A stretch of DNA of 62,080 bases from Terriglobia bacterium (GCA_035516075.1 DATJAQ010000137.1:1-62080); one strand, 5' to 3'. Counted from the stretch's first letter, positions 20,220 to 28,813 are shown. Numbers and translations are program-made. The notes: generated by a model from the sequence alone, not told the origin.

Positions 20220-20240
20220 GTGTACACTTAGAATGTACAC
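20220..20240 (+). promoter_or_regulatory. perfect inverted repeat GTGTACA-N7-TGTACAC overlapping a TAGAAT -10-like box; probable operator/promoter of the phd-vapC operon
   Basis: The sequence gtgtacaCTTAGAAtgtacac lies immediately upstream of GGAGG (20241-20245) and the ATG at 20252. Confidence 0.45.
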
Positions 20241-20251
20241 GGAGGTTTGGC

Positions 20252-20494
20252 ATGGGCACTCAAAGGGTTAGCGTCCGGGAAGCACGGCAGCAGTTGCGCC
20301 GCCTGCTCGATCAGGCTGCGGCTGGCGATGAGGTCGTGGTGATGCGCCGAGGCGTTGAGGTCGGGAGACTCGTGCCACCCGAGCGGCAGACTGCGCCCCT
20401 CCCCGATCTAAGCTGCCTTCGAGCTTCGGTCAGGATTCAGGGGCGAAAACTGAGCCAGGATATTAGAAAAGCACGCCGGAGCAGCCGCTATTGA
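20252..20494 (+). CDS. type II antitoxin, Phd/YefM (prevent-host-death) family
   Basis: The N-terminus MGTQRVSVREARQQLRRLLDQAAAGDEVVVMRRGVEVGRLVP is typical of Phd. The gene overlaps the downstream PIN gene by 4 nt. Confidence 0.8.
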   Translation: MGTQRVSVREARQQLRRLLDQAAAGDEVVVMRRGVEVGRLVPPERQTAPLPDLSCLRASVRIQGRKLSQDIRKARRSSRY

Positions 20495-20913
20495 TTTACG
20501 TGGACACCAGCGTGCTGGCAGCCTACTACTGCCCCGAGCCCTTGAGCGCCCGCGCCGAACGGGCGTTGCGCGGAGAGAGCGAGCGCGCGATTAGCTGGCT
20601 CGTGGAAGTGGAATTGGCTTCCGCGCTCGCCCGCAAGGCGCGCGACCGCGAAATGCGGGTTGCGGACGCGCACCGAATCCGTGCGGTCTTCGAGTCCCAC
20701 TTGGAAACGGGTATGTACATCCGGCTGGGGTTGGATAGCCGGCACTTCATGAGGGCGCGCGACTGGCTCGCCACGTTTACAGTCCCGCTCCGAACCTTGG
20801 ATGCCTTGCACGTGGCGGCGGCTGCAGTGCTGGATTGCCCGCTCCTTACGGCTGACGTCGCACTCGCCAAAGCCTGTGCCACAGTTGGAGTCGTGGCCCG
20901 CCTCATTCGGTGA
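20491..20913 (+). CDS. vapC: type II toxin, PIN-domain VapC family
   Basis: The N-terminus (M)IYVDTSVLAAYY.., together with the ..EVELASAL.., ..DALHVAAA.. and ..LLTAD.. segments, supplies the PIN acidic residues. The start codon is TTG. Confidence 0.85.
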   Translation: MIYVDTSVLAAYYCPEPLSARAERALRGESERAISWLVEVELASALARKARDREMRVADAHRIRAVFESHLETGMYIRLGLDSRHFMRARDWLATFTVPLRTLDALHVAAAAVLDCPLLTADVALAKACATVGVVARLIR

Positions 20914-20997
20914 GATCCCCTGCGAAGGCATCCTCCGGCATGCGCCGCGCCCGATGTTACAGGTCGCGCGGGCCGGTGCAGCAGGCGAGCCCGCTTG

Positions 20998-21492
20998 CTA
21001 TCCCGACTCTTCCCTTATTCCCTGAAGGACGCTTCCAGGAGTGATTCCGGCTTCCCGGAAGATTCGTGCTCCCTGGCTTATCTCGTCGCCCACCGCGGCG
21101 GCCAGCAGGTGCAACGGGCCCACTCTGGTTTGCTTCAGTTCATCCTTCAGGGCGGCGGCCGCCTCGAAAGCGTGCTTAACGCCCTCCGAGAGGGGCATGT
21201 CCTGCGCCGTGGGAACCGGTTGCGACCGCGGGAGAAGCGCCTCGATTCGGGCCAGCAGGCTGCTGGCGAGAGCCGGGTCTAGAAATGGAGAATGGGACTG
21301 AGGGTCAACCCGAATCGCCGAAATGGGGTGCCCACGAAGCTCAAACATCATCTTGGGGAAGTCGCCCTGGTCCTCGATGACCAACGCTGCGAGGAGATCA
21401 TCGGTCTCGATGGCGCCCGCACCGCGTTGCCCAGCCTTGAGGCGCGCCGCCATCACCACTTGGCGCGCTCGCATGGTGTATTGGTCAAACAT
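20998..21492 (-). CDS. stand-alone Clp N-terminal (Clp_N repeat) domain protein
   Basis: The N-terminus MFDQYTMRARQVVMAARLKAGQRGAGAIETDDLLAAL and the second repeat MPLSEGVKHAFEAAAALKDELKQTRVGPLHLLAA match the double Clp_N repeat. No AAA+ module is present. Confidence 0.7.
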   Translation of the reverse strand: MFDQYTMRARQVVMAARLKAGQRGAGAIETDDLLAALVIEDQGDFPKMMFELRGHPISAIRVDPQSHSPFLDPALASSLLARIEALLPRSQPVPTAQDMPLSEGVKHAFEAAAALKDELKQTRVGPLHLLAAAVGDEISQGARIFREAGITPGSVLQGIREESG

Positions 21493-21563
21493 GTCTAGTG
21501 ATCCCCTTGCATGCGGACTGGACACGGTGGCCTGAGAACAGTGACGCCGCCGCAACCAGCATC

Positions 21564-22304
21564 TTACGACCTGCCACGCGCCGACTCGTACCCGCGAAGG
21601 CTCTGCCTCAAATGATCAACTTCGCGCAGGCTGGCCGGGTCGGTGAAGTCGATCAGCCGCCAGAGGCCCCGCGAGGGCAGCTCGTGGATGTCCGCGGGAG
21701 GCACCTGAGCCATCCAGGCTGCGACTCCCGCGTCTAAGACCAGTCTGTCCAATACCTGGCGCACGGTGATGGCGTGCAAGTGGAGGGGCCCCACCATGGT
21801 GGACGTGTTGCCGGGCCTGTAGTCACCCACGATTCCTTTCGTCTGCGGGTGCAGCGCCACACCCAGGTCCATCTCCAACGCATGGCTGGCCTCTTGTAGT
21901 GTGCACCTCCGGACGGAGAAGCTTGGCAGGACGAAGTCAAGAAGGTTTCGGGCGCCCGCGGGCGCACCCTGTTGACTGACCACCACTACGCCGTCCCCAA
22001 GCCCCCAGACGTAGCCGCGCTGATGGGCCAGAATTGCGTCCAATGCGCGAGCCACGGTGACGTGCTCCAGCGACACGCTGATGGGCCTTTCCGCAGCGGC
22101 GAGATCGACATAATCGATCCCCAAGGCGATGTGCTGCTGACGCCCGAGTTTCAGCAGGGCATCGAGCACCGGAACATTGTTTGCGGTGAAGGACTCGACC
22201 GAGCTGTCCGGAGCATGGGTCCGCTGACGATCCCGCCCCGCCGCGATCGCCAGTGCGCAGTACAACAAAGCGCCGAGGGCCGCCGCAATGCGTGGCCTCA
22301 ACAT
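21564..22304 (-). CDS. secreted hypothetical protein (two similar ~90-aa modules)
   Basis: It has a signal-like N-terminus, MLRPRIAAALGALLYCALAIAAG. The ..VTVARALDAIL.. and ..ITVRQVLDRLV.. segments repeat internally. No family is recognised. Confidence 0.5.
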   Translation of the reverse strand: MLRPRIAAALGALLYCALAIAAGRDRQRTHAPDSSVESFTANNVPVLDALLKLGRQQHIALGIDYVDLAAAERPISVSLEHVTVARALDAILAHQRGYVWGLGDGVVVVSQQGAPAGARNLLDFVLPSFSVRRCTLQEASHALEMDLGVALHPQTKGIVGDYRPGNTSTMVGPLHLHAITVRQVLDRLVLDAGVAAWMAQVPPADIHELPSRGLWRLIDFTDPASLREVDHLRQSLRGYESARGRS

Positions 22305-22678
22305 CTCCTACCACCTCGCGGGTTACACGCGAACTCCGTACGCTCCTCCATCGACCGCAATTGCACCTTGACAGGATACCGCTGAGCGGCGTAATATTAC
22401 CATGCAGTAAGAAACTTAATTATTACCAAGACTGGGCCATGCTCGGAGAGTTCGGGAGGCTTTCATGTCCGTGAGCCGCGCGCCAACATCCACACCCGAA
22501 TCCCAGGCCGCTTCCACTGGGAACCGCCTGACGGCGGCCTCCACGCGCGTGCCGCCCGAACGCCGGCAGTGGCGGGTTGGAAGCTGGCGCAACCCAACGA
22601 GCTGCCGGTTCCTCAGCCCGCACCAGTCGGGTGGTAGAAAAGGGTGGGGCCGTAAAGGCGACCGGAGCTTCCTCCGGG

Positions 22679-22708
22679 ACAAAGCTGGAATGTGCTTTAG
22701 AATGAATC
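22679..22708 (+). repeat. partial B-family repeat (ACAAAGCTGGAATGTGCTTTAGAATG)
   Basis: It shares ACAAAGCTGGAATGT..TTTAGAAT with 22881-22908 and the TGTGCTTTAGAAT core with B copies at 23.06 kb and 52.2-52.4 kb. Confidence 0.7.
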
Positions 22709-22880
22709 ATCAGGGCATCGTGGGTGTGGAACCTGTCAACAAATCAAAACGGCGCTCGGACTGGCGCTCGGCGCTGGCAATCCGGATTCAGTGAGGCTGG
22801 TGTCGACCTCTGCCTGCTGCGGGAACCCCCATCAGCGGGCCGCGTGCACTGAAACGAGAGGTTGCAAAAGAGAGGGCATA

Positions 22881-22908
22881 ACAAAGCTGGAATGTCATTT
22901 AGAATCAG
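22881..22908 (+). repeat. partial B-family repeat (ACAAAGCTGGAATGTCATTTAGAATCAG)
   Basis: See 22679-22708; the two copies are ~200 nt apart. Confidence 0.7.
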
Positions 22909-23009
22909 GAGTTAACTACGATTCCGCGAGCGGCGCTATTCGGAGGTCCAGGGCGACGGCGGGGACGGCCCCCGAACGGCCCGGCGCAACTCGCGCGACA
23001 TCGGAGGCT

Positions 23010-23080
23010 CCCGGCGCTGGAAAAAAGGCCCCAAATCGCGGAACGAAGCCACTATGTGCTTTAGAATCAGTAAAACGGTT
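23010..23080 (-). repeat. B-family repeat copy B3 (inverted relative to B1/B2 at 52.2-52.5 kb)
   Basis: A 39-nt run at 23036-23074 (tcgcggaacgaagccactatgtgctttagaatcagtaaa) is identical to the reverse complement of B1/B2. Similarity is weaker on both sides. Confidence 0.85.
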
Positions 23081-23185
23081 TAACGGTCGGGTGCGAGGCG
23101 GGTTTGAAACCTGCCCTTACCCTGCTGCGCTTTCCGCATCCTTGGCTTTGGGCATAAGTCATTGGTACGGTGCAAATGGTCCGTT

Positions 23186-23283
23186 GTCAGCGCAGCCTCC
23201 GGCGGAGCCGGATTGAATAACCTGTGACCCCCAATTTCACCGCACCTTTGGAATCAGCAGGTTGGCGGTAGTCACAGGCCAGT
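23186..23283 (-). repeat. A-family repeat copy A3 (~98 nt, hairpin-forming), inverted relative to A1/A2
   Basis: Its reverse complement, CTGTGACTACCGCCAACCTGCTGATTCCAAAGGTGCGGTGAAATTGGGGGTCACAGG..GGAGGCTGCGCTGAC, aligns along its full length with 52093-52192 and 52482-52581. It is flanked by the 12-nt direct repeat TGGTCCGTTGTC. Confidence 0.85.
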
Positions 23284-23406
23284 GGTCCGTTGTCTACTGC
23301 TCCAGGGGACTCGGAATTCGGGCTTCGACTTTCGAGTGTCGAACTACTAAGAATCGACGACGGACGACGGACAACTGACGCGGGAGCCGGAGCCGCCATG
23401 ACCAAT

Positions 23407-24966
23407 TCAATGCATGATTTCCACGAGGGCGAGCGCGTGAGGCTGAAGGGTGAGGGTCAGGGTGGGGTCGTCCGCGGTGACGGTGCGGGTATCCGCAGAC
23501 GGCAGCTCGCCCGCCTCGCGCAGGCTCTGAATCTGCTCGCGGCTGGGAAAGTCCGGCTTACCCATGGCCACCCAGGCGCCGAGCGGCGAGCCGTGGTCCG
23601 GGTCGACCACCCGAATGCGCACGCTCAACGGCGCTTCGAGGCCGTGGAACGAGAGCTTGAAGGATCGGGCGGCGCCTTGCGGCTTTGCGTCCGGCAGCGA
23701 GGGCGGGGCGTAATTCCAGACCGCGATGGCGAGCGACCCGTCGGCCCGCCTGGTGGCGAGCGCCGAATCCGACTGCACGTCCAGGCGCTCGGCGCCAAGC
23801 TGGTGCAGAAGCTTGAAGTCGTTGAATGCGGCCTTGGGAATGCCGTCTTCGGCCATCAAGCCGAAGCCGCCGTAAAAGGGCCGCTTGATCACGCCCTGCT
23901 CTTCGAACACGTCGGAAAAATCCCAATAGGCCATCACGTCCGTCAGGCCGTCGCACAGCCGGATCGTGTTGGCCAGCCACGGCCCCATGAAGGCCGAATC
24001 TGTCACGTCTACCTCGTTCATGTAGCTCGCGTTGTACTCGCTGAAAATGAGCGGCAGGCCGGGCCGCGAGGACGCCTTCACCTGGTCGTGCACCTTCTTC
24101 ACCGCGCGGTACACCATGGTGTCGCGGGGAATGGACTCGTTCGTCCCAAACACGTCCTTCGCGGTATCGTTGGCGTAAACGTGCGTGGAGACGAAATCCA
24201 CCGGGATGTGGTTCTCGACACAATGCTGGATGAAGCGGTCCACCCACGCCGCCTGGGCCGTGGAGGGCCCTCCCACCCGCAGGCGCGGGCTTACGCCCTT
24301 CAGGGCTTTCGCGGTTACATCGTACAATTCGTAGTAAGTGGCCTCTTTGGGTTCGCCGGCCCAGAAATCTATATTCGGCTCGTTCCACACTTCGAAGTAC
24401 CACTGCGACACTTCATCGATACCGTAGCGATCGACGAGGTGCTGGGCGAACTTGGCGATGAGGTCACCCCAACGCTCCGAATTTTTGGGCGGCGAATTGT
24501 AAGGCCGGTACCAGAAGGCCTGCCGCGAGCGCGTGGAGGCGAGCTTGGCGGGCATGAAGCTGAGCTCGACGAAGGGGCGCACACCGTTGGCGAGGAGGCC
24601 GTCGTAGATCTGGTCCACGTAGGAGAAGTTGTAAACCGGGCGGCCCTGCGCGTCCTCGTTGTACAGGCCCACGTCGTCGTCGAAAATGCCGTGAAAGCGG
24701 ATATAGCCGAAGCCCGTCGCCTGCTTCACCGCGCGCAGATCGGTCCGGTAACTGTCGCGCAAGGAGAGGATGGCGCGCCCGGAGCCGAACATCTGCTCCC
24801 AGAAGTGGGGAAAGGGATGGGCGGGGGCGCTGGCGTTGATCTCAATTGTCTCGGGGGGCGGTGGGCCCTGCGACAGGCCGCGGGACGGCGCGACCGCCAG
24901 AACGGTCACTCCCAGGAGGGTCGTAACCACTCCAGCAGCAAAGCGTGTGAGGTTGGAAGATCGCAT
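23407..24966 (-). CDS. secreted glycoside hydrolase family 39 (beta-xylosidase-like)
   Basis: The motifs IRFHGIFDDDVG, FVELSFMP, YFEVWNEPN (acid/base) and VSTHVY are the GH39 signature. The start is moved to the ATG at 24966 (MRSSNLTRFAAGVVTTLLGV, a signal peptide). Confidence 0.85.
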   Translation of the reverse strand: MRSSNLTRFAAGVVTTLLGVTVLAVAPSRGLSQGPPPPETIEINASAPAHPFPHFWEQMFGSGRAILSLRDSYRTDLRAVKQATGFGYIRFHGIFDDDVGLYNEDAQGRPVYNFSYVDQIYDGLLANGVRPFVELSFMPAKLASTRSRQAFWYRPYNSPPKNSERWGDLIAKFAQHLVDRYGIDEVSQWYFEVWNEPNIDFWAGEPKEATYYELYDVTAKALKGVSPRLRVGGPSTAQAAWVDRFIQHCVENHIPVDFVSTHVYANDTAKDVFGTNESIPRDTMVYRAVKKVHDQVKASSRPGLPLIFSEYNASYMNEVDVTDSAFMGPWLANTIRLCDGLTDVMAYWDFSDVFEEQGVIKRPFYGGFGLMAEDGIPKAAFNDFKLLHQLGAERLDVQSDSALATRRADGSLAIAVWNYAPPSLPDAKPQGAARSFKLSFHGLEAPLSVRIRVVDPDHGSPLGAWVAMGKPDFPSREQIQSLREAGELPSADTRTVTADDPTLTLTLQPHALALVEIMH

Positions 24967-25159
24967 GGTGACTCTTGCCCCCAAAGAAAGCTGAATCATA
25001 TCACGGGGGCGGCAGCGAGCAGGCAAACCCGTTGTCGCACGCATCGCCCGATTGTCGACAGCGTAGGAGTGCCTGTGAAATACTTTCTTGTGCCTGCGGC
25101 GATTGGGCGCGGTCAGGCGGCCGACCAATTTGGCCCTTTACGAACACAAGGAGGACCGG

Positions 25160-26110
25160 ATGGCTGACAAGAAAATCATTGCGGTGGTAGGCGCGACGGG
25201 CGCGCAGGGCGGGGGCATGGCCCGCGCCATTTTGAGCGACCCGAGCGGCGGCTTCAGCGCGCGCGCGCTCACGCGCGACGTGAATTCCGATAAGGCTCGG
25301 GAGCTGGCCAGCCTCGGCGCGGACGTGGTGGCGGCCGACGTGGATGACGTTGAGAGCCTCAAGCGCGCCTTCCAGGGCGCCTACGCGGCCTACTGCGTCA
25401 CGTTTTTCTGGGCGCACTTTTCTCCCGAGAAAGAGGTGGCGAGCGCCGCCAACATGGCCCAGGCGGCGAAGCACGCCGGCCTGCAGCACGCCATCTGGTC
25501 CACCTTCGAAGACACGCGCAAGTATGTGCCCCTTTCGGACAATCGCATGCCCACCCTGCTAGGCAAGTACAAGGTGCCGCACTTCGATTCCAAGGCTGAA
25601 GCCGATCATTTCTTCCGCGACCTCGGCGTGCCCACCACCTTCCTGCTCACTTCGTTTTACTGGGACAACTTCATCCACTTCGGCATGGGACCGAAGCGCG
25701 GCGCGGACGGCAAGCTGGCCATTACGATGCCGATGGACGACAAGAAGCTCCCCGGCATCGCCGCCGCGGACATAGGAGGGTGTGTTTACGGCATGTTCAA
25801 GCGGGGCGGCGAGTTCATTGGCAAGACCGTCGGCGTGGCCGGCGAGCACCTGACGGGCGCGCAGATGGCGGCCGCGTTCACCAAGGCGCTCGGCCAGGAA
25901 GTGCACTACAACGCCGTGCCGCCCGACGTGTACCGCAGCTTCGGCTTTCCCGGCGCGCAGGATCTCAACAACATGTTCCAGTTCAAGCGCGACTTCCAGG
26001 AGGTCTACTGCGGTAATCGCAGCGTGGAGCTCTCGCGGAAACTGAACTCGTCGCTCCAGACCTTCGACCAGTGGCTGGCCCAGAACAAGAGCCGCATCCC
26101 GATCGACTAG
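25160..26110 (+). CDS. NmrA-family NAD(P)-binding protein
   Basis: The N-terminus MADKKIIAVVGATGAQGG is a Rossmann motif and there is NmrA-like similarity throughout. AAGGAGG lies 6 nt upstream of the ATG at 25160. Confidence 0.85.
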   Translation: MADKKIIAVVGATGAQGGGMARAILSDPSGGFSARALTRDVNSDKARELASLGADVVAADVDDVESLKRAFQGAYAAYCVTFFWAHFSPEKEVASAANMAQAAKHAGLQHAIWSTFEDTRKYVPLSDNRMPTLLGKYKVPHFDSKAEADHFFRDLGVPTTFLLTSFYWDNFIHFGMGPKRGADGKLAITMPMDDKKLPGIAAADIGGCVYGMFKRGGEFIGKTVGVAGEHLTGAQMAAAFTKALGQEVHYNAVPPDVYRSFGFPGAQDLNNMFQFKRDFQEVYCGNRSVELSRKLNSSLQTFDQWLAQNKSRIPID

Positions 26111-26119
26111 CTCACCGGC

Positions 26120-27166
26120 TTGCGGGCCGCGCCGGCGGATTCAAGCTCAGGGGGCATGGCCAGGCACTGCGCCATGCGGGTTCGCAGAATGGGCAAAGCC
26201 GCTTGGCTTCGCGCTATCGTTGCTTCATTTGTGGCCGTGACGCTCGCCGGCGGCTCGCGTCTCGAGGCGCAGAAGAGCCTCCAGTCCACTCTCGACGCGC
26301 TCACCGCGGGGCGGCGCGGCTCGGCAATTGCGATTAATCCCGCGAGCGGCGAGATTCTGGCCGCTTGGAACCTGCGGGCGGCCACTGAGGACGCCTACCC
26401 TCCCGGATCGGCGGCCAAGCTTGTGGCGGCCGCCGCCGCGCTCGAAGAGGGCCTGATGACGCCCCGCGACCGCATCGTGTGCCGGGGCGCGCCCCCGCTG
26501 CTCGGCCCGGCATATCATTGTGCCCACCCGCCCGCGCTCGAGGGATTCACGCTTTCGTCGGCGCTTGCGAACTCGTGCAACTACTTCTTCACGGTGGTCA
26601 GTTTGCGGCTGAACGCGGAAACGCTCATCCACTGGTACTCGGTTTTCGGGTTTGGAGCGGCAGTCGAGGTCGACGGAAGGCCGACGGCCCCCGGGCGGGT
26701 GCGGGTGGCGCCCGGCGCGCGAGGGAAGGCGCTGGCGGCCCTCGGCGAGGAGGACGTGGTGGCAACTCCTGCGCAGTTGCTCGAGGCCTACGCCCTGATC
26801 GCCAATCGCGGCGCAGCCTGGGGCTTGTGGACGGGCAAAACCGCGCCGCACGGCTCCGATCCTGTGCGACGCGTCACGCTGAAGGCCGCAACGTACAACA
26901 CGCTTACCGAGGGCTTGGTGGCCTGCGTCCAATTCGGCACCTGCCAGGCGGCGGCCGTGCCGGGCGTGCGGGTGGCCGGAAAGACCGGCACCGCCACGGC
27001 GCTTGACGGCAGTGGCGCCACCCACGCCTGGTTCGTCGCATTCGCCCCTGCCGAACGGCCGGAAATCGCGCTCGTGGTCTTTCTGGAGCGAGGCACCGGG
27101 GCGCACAGCGCAGCCCCGCTGGCGGGGAAATTCCTTCGCCGCTATTTCGCGGCGGAGCGGAACTAG
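26120..27166 (+). CDS. penicillin-binding transpeptidase-domain protein (no transglycosylase or dimerisation module)
   Basis: All three active-site motifs are present: SxxK (PGSAAK), SxN (NSCN) and KTG (GKTGTA). The start is uncertain, with ATG candidates at 26156, 26174 and 26189. Confidence 0.75.
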   Translation: MRAAPADSSSGGMARHCAMRVRRMGKAAWLRAIVASFVAVTLAGGSRLEAQKSLQSTLDALTAGRRGSAIAINPASGEILAAWNLRAATEDAYPPGSAAKLVAAAAALEEGLMTPRDRIVCRGAPPLLGPAYHCAHPPALEGFTLSSALANSCNYFFTVVSLRLNAETLIHWYSVFGFGAAVEVDGRPTAPGRVRVAPGARGKALAALGEEDVVATPAQLLEAYALIANRGAAWGLWTGKTAPHGSDPVRRVTLKAATYNTLTEGLVACVQFGTCQAAAVPGVRVAGKTGTATALDGSGATHAWFVAFAPAERPEIALVVFLERGTGAHSAAPLAGKFLRRYFAAERN

Positions 27167-27178
27167 GCGCGTCATCTC

Positions 27179-28813
27179 ATGGCGAAGCGGACCGTGTGCG
27201 GAGCGCTCGGGGCAGGGCTGATGGCCATGCTGAGGCGCAGGGCTTGTCTCATCGGCGCACTTTGGCTCTTGTCGCTTGCGCCGCAGCCTGCGCGGGCTCA
27301 GGAGTTCCGCGTTCAATTGTCCTTCATACCAGGCCCCGAGAGCGCCGCTCGCCGCGAGCGCGGACGGCCTTCGCCGCCGCCGCGGACGGTCACGGTCGAT
27401 CTGGATACCTACGTCGAAGGCGTGCTGGCGGGAGAGGCTTCGGTGCTCAGGAACCGCGCGGCGCTTCAGGCCATGGCGGTGCTCGCGCGCACCTGGGCTC
27501 TGCGCTATCGAGGGCGCCACCGCGGGCGCGGATTCGACTTCTGCTCGCTCACGCACTGCCAGGTGTTCCGGTTGCCGGGCGGCACGGAAGGGCAATATTC
27601 GCCCGCGATCATCGACGCCGTCTTCAGCACGCGTGATGAAGTTCTCGAGTATCGCGGGCGGCTGGCCGACCCGTATTTCACCGCCGATTGCGGAGGCGTC
27701 ACGGAGTCCTCCGCCGAAGTGTGGCCGGATCGCGCCCTGCCTTACCTTCGGAGCGCCCCCGATCCTTACTGCGCCGGCAGCGCGCATGCTAACTGGCAGC
27801 GGACGATTTCGCTAGACTACGTCGCTTCGATCCTGCGCGGCGAGTTGCGGCTGCCGGTTCGCGGCTCCCTGCGCGGCCTCAGCGTGGCCTCGCGCGACTC
27901 ATCGGGACGTGCGCGCAGCCTGGAGGTGCTGGCGGGCGACCGGCTCTCGATTGACGCCAACCAGTTCCGCTATGCGGTGGGGCGGCGGCTCGGCTGGGAC
28001 ACGCTCAAGAGCAACCTTTACAGCGTCGAGCGCCACGGGGACACGCTCGTATTCAGCGGCCGGGGCCTGGGGCACGGGGTCGGACTCTGCCAGGCCGGGG
28101 CCGACGCCATGGCCGGCCTCGGCATCGGCTACCAGAAAATTCTCGCGCATTATTTTCCCGGCGCGACGGTGGCTGAATTCGCGCCCGCGCCGAAATCCGA
28201 GGAGGACCCCGTCGCGTCGAGCGAACATTTCGAGCTCGATTACCCCGAGGCTCAAAAACCGTGGGTCAGTGGCACCTTGAACCAGCTCGAGAAGTGGCGC
28301 ACCGTGCTTGCAGAGCGGGCCCGCCCCGTCGCCGCCCGAACTCGCGTATTGACCTGGAATACAACCGCGGAATTCATCCGCGCCACCGGCGAGCCGGGAT
28401 GGGCGGCCGGCAGCAGCGACGGCCAGTCGATCTCTCTCCAGCCGCTCGCCACCCTCGCCGGCAAGCGCATCCTCGATTCGACGCTGCGACACGAGCTGAC
28501 GCACCTCACGCTTCACCGGCTGCGCGCTCCAGGGGTGCCGGAATGGTTCGAGGAAGGATTCGTGCTCTATCTCACCGGAGAGCGCATCGACAACGGGCCG
28601 AGCCTCGCGGCCGGTCCGCGCACTTTGGGCGAAGGCGTGACGCGGGCGCAATCCGCAGCGGAGATGCGCGCGGCCTACGCCCGATCGGCGCGTCTGGTGC
28701 GCAGTCTCGCTGAGCGGCGAGGCACGAAGGCGTTGTGGCAGGTGCTCGAACATCCGTCGTCGAGCGATCTGGATTGGCTCAAGAAGGAGGAGGCGAAGCC
28801 GCTGGCTCCGTGA
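27179..28813 (+). CDS. SpoIID/LytB-domain protein fused to a C-terminal HExxH (putative metallopeptidase-like) domain
   Basis: The SpoIID motifs are YVEGVLAGE, ALQAMAVLARTWAL, CSLTHCQVF, YFTADCGG and GRGLGHGVGLCQAGA. The C-terminal ~190 aa carries LRHELTHLTL and, further on, EWFEEGFVLYLTGE. Confidence 0.8.
   Translation: MAKRTVCGALGAGLMAMLRRRACLIGALWLLSLAPQPARAQEFRVQLSFIPGPESAARRERGRPSPPPRTVTVDLDTYVEGVLAGEASVLRNRAALQAMAVLARTWALRYRGRHRGRGFDFCSLTHCQVFRLPGGTEGQYSPAIIDAVFSTRDEVLEYRGRLADPYFTADCGGVTESSAEVWPDRALPYLRSAPDPYCAGSAHANWQRTISLDYVASILRGELRLPVRGSLRGLSVASRDSSGRARSLEVLAGDRLSIDANQFRYAVGRRLGWDTLKSNLYSVERHGDTLVFSGRGLGHGVGLCQAGADAMAGLGIGYQKILAHYFPGATVAEFAPAPKSEEDPVASSEHFELDYPEAQKPWVSGTLNQLEKWRTVLAERARPVAARTRVLTWNTTAEFIRATGEPGWAAGSSDGQSISLQPLATLAGKRILDSTLRHELTHLTLHRLRAPGVPEWFEEGFVLYLTGERIDNGPSLAAGPRTLGEGVTRAQSAAEMRAAYARSARLVRSLAERRGTKALWQVLEHPSSSDLDWLKKEEAKPLAP

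Noticed and set aside
23290-25167. 625-aa plus-strand ORF opposite the GH39 gene
   Set aside because: It is an antisense artefact: Arg/Gly/His-rich with no motifs. GH39 motifs on the minus strand are canonical.
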